Positions 62,226 through 64,000 of a stretch of 64,000 nt of DNA are shown in pieces (position 1 is the first letter of the stretch; every line of letters starts with the position of its first letter). A program made the position numbers and the translations under genes. The DNA lies in contig CBFGRM010000001.1 in the NCBI GenBank assembly GCA_965651205.1, forward strand, positions 76,475-140,474. Reading direction: 5' to 3'. Source of the DNA: an uncultured bacterium. GTDB lineage: Bacteria > Gemmatimonadota > Gemmatimonadetes > Gemmatimonadales > GWC2-71-9. The notes beneath the pieces are model-generated. The model had not been told where the DNA came from and did no database searches. It worked only from the letters and a program-made list of their open reading frames with translations.

Positions 62226-63055
62226 GAACCGTGGTGTTCCACAAGCTCACCGGCTCCGGCAACGACTTCGTGATGCTCGATGGCCGAACCACCCGACACG
62301 CCGATTGGCCGACAGACCGGATCGCAGCCATTTGCGATCGACGCCAGGGAATCGGTGCCGATGGCCTGGTGATCCTCGACCCTCTCGGCCACGACAGTGT
62401 CCGGATGACCTATTGGAACGCCGACGGGTCGCTGGCGGCGATGTGTGGCAACGCCGCACTCTGTTCCACCCGACTCGCAGCCGCCCTCGAGATGGCAGAT
62501 GCAGCCGGGATGACCCTGGTCACCGGGGCAGGCGACTTCCCGGTCCGCTGTGTCGGGGAAGGGGACCAGGCAGAACTCAACCTGCCTGACGTGACAGTAC
62601 CAGGCCGCCCGGACATCCCGCTCATCGCGGGCGAGCGTTCGATCCGTCTCGGCGTGGTGGGTGTTCCCCATCTGGCGATCGAGGTGGATGACCTGGCGGC
62701 GGTTGATGTCGAGAAGCGCGGCCGGGAACTGCGCTTCCACCCGGGCTGCGGCCCGGCCGGCGCAAACGTCAACTTCTACGGTCGGATCTCAGGTTCCAGT
62801 GGAACTGGAGGTCCGACCTGGTCACTCCGCACCTACGAGCGCGGCGTGGAGGCGGAGACCCTCTCCTGCGGCACCGGCACGGTGACTTGTGCGCTGGCCA
62901 TTGCCCTCGAGGGACTCGACGAATTGCCACTGCGGTTCCTGTCGACCGGCGGCCAGGTGCTGTCAGTGAGTGCACGGATCGACGGCGATCGCGCGACTGA
63001 CATCTGGCTCGCCGGCCAAGGTCGGATCGTGGCGCGGGGGATGTGGATGGGCTGA
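62222..63055 (+). CDS. dapF: Diaminopimelate epimerase
   Basis: FHKLTGSGNDFVMLD, catalytic Cys motifs AMCGNAALC and LSCGTGTV. Confidence 0.9.
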   Translation: MRTVVFHKLTGSGNDFVMLDGRTTRHADWPTDRIAAICDRRQGIGADGLVILDPLGHDSVRMTYWNADGSLAAMCGNAALCSTRLAAALEMADAAGMTLVTGAGDFPVRCVGEGDQAELNLPDVTVPGRPDIPLIAGERSIRLGVVGVPHLAIEVDDLAAVDVEKRGRELRFHPGCGPAGANVNFYGRISGSSGTGGPTWSLRTYERGVEAETLSCGTGTVTCALAIALEGLDELPLRFLSTGGQVLSVSARIDGDRATDIWLAGQGRIVARGMWMG

Positions 63056-63064
63056 CCGTCTCGC

Positions 63065-64000
63065 TCACCGGATCCGCTTCGCGGTAAAGTCAAACCGGAA
63101 CAAGTCCGCCGGCTCCAGCATCTCGCCGTCCTCTTCGTCCTCGAACCAGACCACGAAGGTGATCCGGCCCGTGATCATATCTCCATTCCTGGTGGCCAGC
63201 ATTCGTACCGCACCAGAGGGGCCGACCTGGGAACCGATATCCCTGATGTTGTAGACGTGATCCTCCCCCAGGCCTCTCTGGCTGGTGACCGTACCACTGT
63301 TCTGGTCGCTGGTGCTTTCGGCCCAGTAGCTGGAGTTCCACTCCGAGAAGTAGGATCCGTACTGGTTCGTTTCCGCCGGGTCGAAGCCGAGGGTCAGGCT
63401 TCTGGGTGAACCCGGTGGCACGGGAGGGCAGCAAGAAGTCGGGTCCCAGTGAGTCCCGTTCATCATCGTGCGGAGCTGGAGTTCGGTGGAGTTGGCCGTG
63501 GTCTGGACAACCGAGAGCATCGTTGTCGCGGGATCCTGGAGGATTGCCAGCAACTGCTCCGGGATTTCGCCGCCCACCTGCATATCGGGATCGTCGAGCA
63601 TATTGTCAACGTCGACGAACGTGGCCAAGTGCCAATGTCGAGGCTGGTTCACGATCACCCTGACCGTGTCCTTCGCCAGGTCGGCGCCGCCCTCCAGGCC
63701 ATACAGGGTGGCGATCACGGTGTAGTCCTTGACCTCGATGAACTCCAGGTTGCCGGTGGGCGTGTTCTGGAAACTCCTGATGTTGCCGCCATCCCATTCC
63801 CAGGCGATGCCGTAGCCGCCAGCAGGCGGTTCGATCACCGAGGCCGTGAAGCTGACTTTGGTGAGCGGCTCGGAAATGTTGGCCTCTTCGGGCGTTACCT
63901 CGAATGGGGCCTTCAACACCTGGCGGGTACTCACGGTCACCTGCTTCGCCACACCTTCCACCTCTCGCATTGCCGAGATGACCACGCTGACAGGCTGGAG
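63065..64000 (-). CDS. Hypothetical protein with a PKD/Ig-like module. The frame is open to the window edge, so the 5' end may lie beyond 64000.
   Basis: Track ORF 63065..63985 starts at GTG, but the frame stays open through 64000. KVSFTASVIEPP...IAWEWDGGN...YTVIATLYGLEGG...VRVIV resembles a PKD repeat. The C-terminal ~200 aa has no motif I recognise. Visibly less GC-rich than its neighbours. Confidence 0.5.
   Translation of the reverse strand, partial: LQPVSVVISAMREVEGVAKQVTVSTRQVLKAPFEVTPEEANISEPLTKVSFTASVIEPPAGGYGIAWEWDGGNIRSFQNTPTGNLEFIEVKDYTVIATLYGLEGGADLAKDTVRVIVNQPRHWHLATFVDVDNMLDDPDMQVGGEIPEQLLAILQDPATTMLSVVQTTANSTELQLRTMMNGTHWDPTSCCPPVPPGSPRSLTLGFDPAETNQYGSYFSEWNSSYWAESTSDQNSGTVTSQRGLGEDHVYNIRDIGSQVGPSGAVRMLATRNGDMITGRITFVVWFEDEEDGEMLEPADLFRFDFTAKRIR

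Overview
Very GC-rich (roughly two-thirds G+C by eye, not computed), gene-dense chromosomal core region of a diderm, LPS-making bacterium. Gene content and TAnnTT-type promoter elements suggest an FCB-group or Gemmatimonadota-like lineage, but this is an unverified guess. I call 64 protein genes, 61 of them on the + strand, most joined by 1-14 nt overlaps or gaps of a few nt. I saw no rRNA, tRNA, CRISPR array, transposase/IS, prophage or recognisable defence module. XerD is the only recombinase and looks like the housekeeping dif enzyme. Gene order: a PNPOx-like::MenA-like prenyltransferase fusion (minus strand, runs off the left edge); secG-carA; an HU/IHF-like gene plus moaD-moaE-moaA; a TrmL-like methyltransferase; mdh-sdhCAB (three-subunit type-B SQR); an M28/PSMA-like peptidase; orphan pilT; dcd (minus); complete 14-gene nuoA-N; a phosphomannomutase; a UPF0182-like membrane protein; sucCD; ndk; yceD-rpmF-plsX-fabHDG-acpP-fabF, coupled to a CHASE hybrid histidine kinase; ispF; dedA; xerD; an alpha/beta hydrolase; trpG/pabA. 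Then comes a gapless 15-gene block: kdsB-pyrG-kdsA-kdsC-kdsD-lptC-lptA-lptB-rpoN-GT2-GT4-UPF0104-YfhO-Ppm1-dapF. The window ends with a less GC-rich PKD-like gene (minus strand, runs off the right edge). This is housekeeping DNA and I found no convincing wholly new system. The items most worth follow-up are: (1) a GtrB/CsbB-type GT2 + UPF0104 flippase-like + YfhO GT-C + Ppm1 module welded onto the lpt-rpoN operon; (2) a near-consensus Rex-type operator at the predicted nuoA transcription start; (3) the PNPOx::MenA-like fusion; (4) a short NuoG that keeps the N7 cluster motif; (5) a 50-codon coding-like sORF coupled to ispF; (6) a possibly leaderless kdsB promoter.
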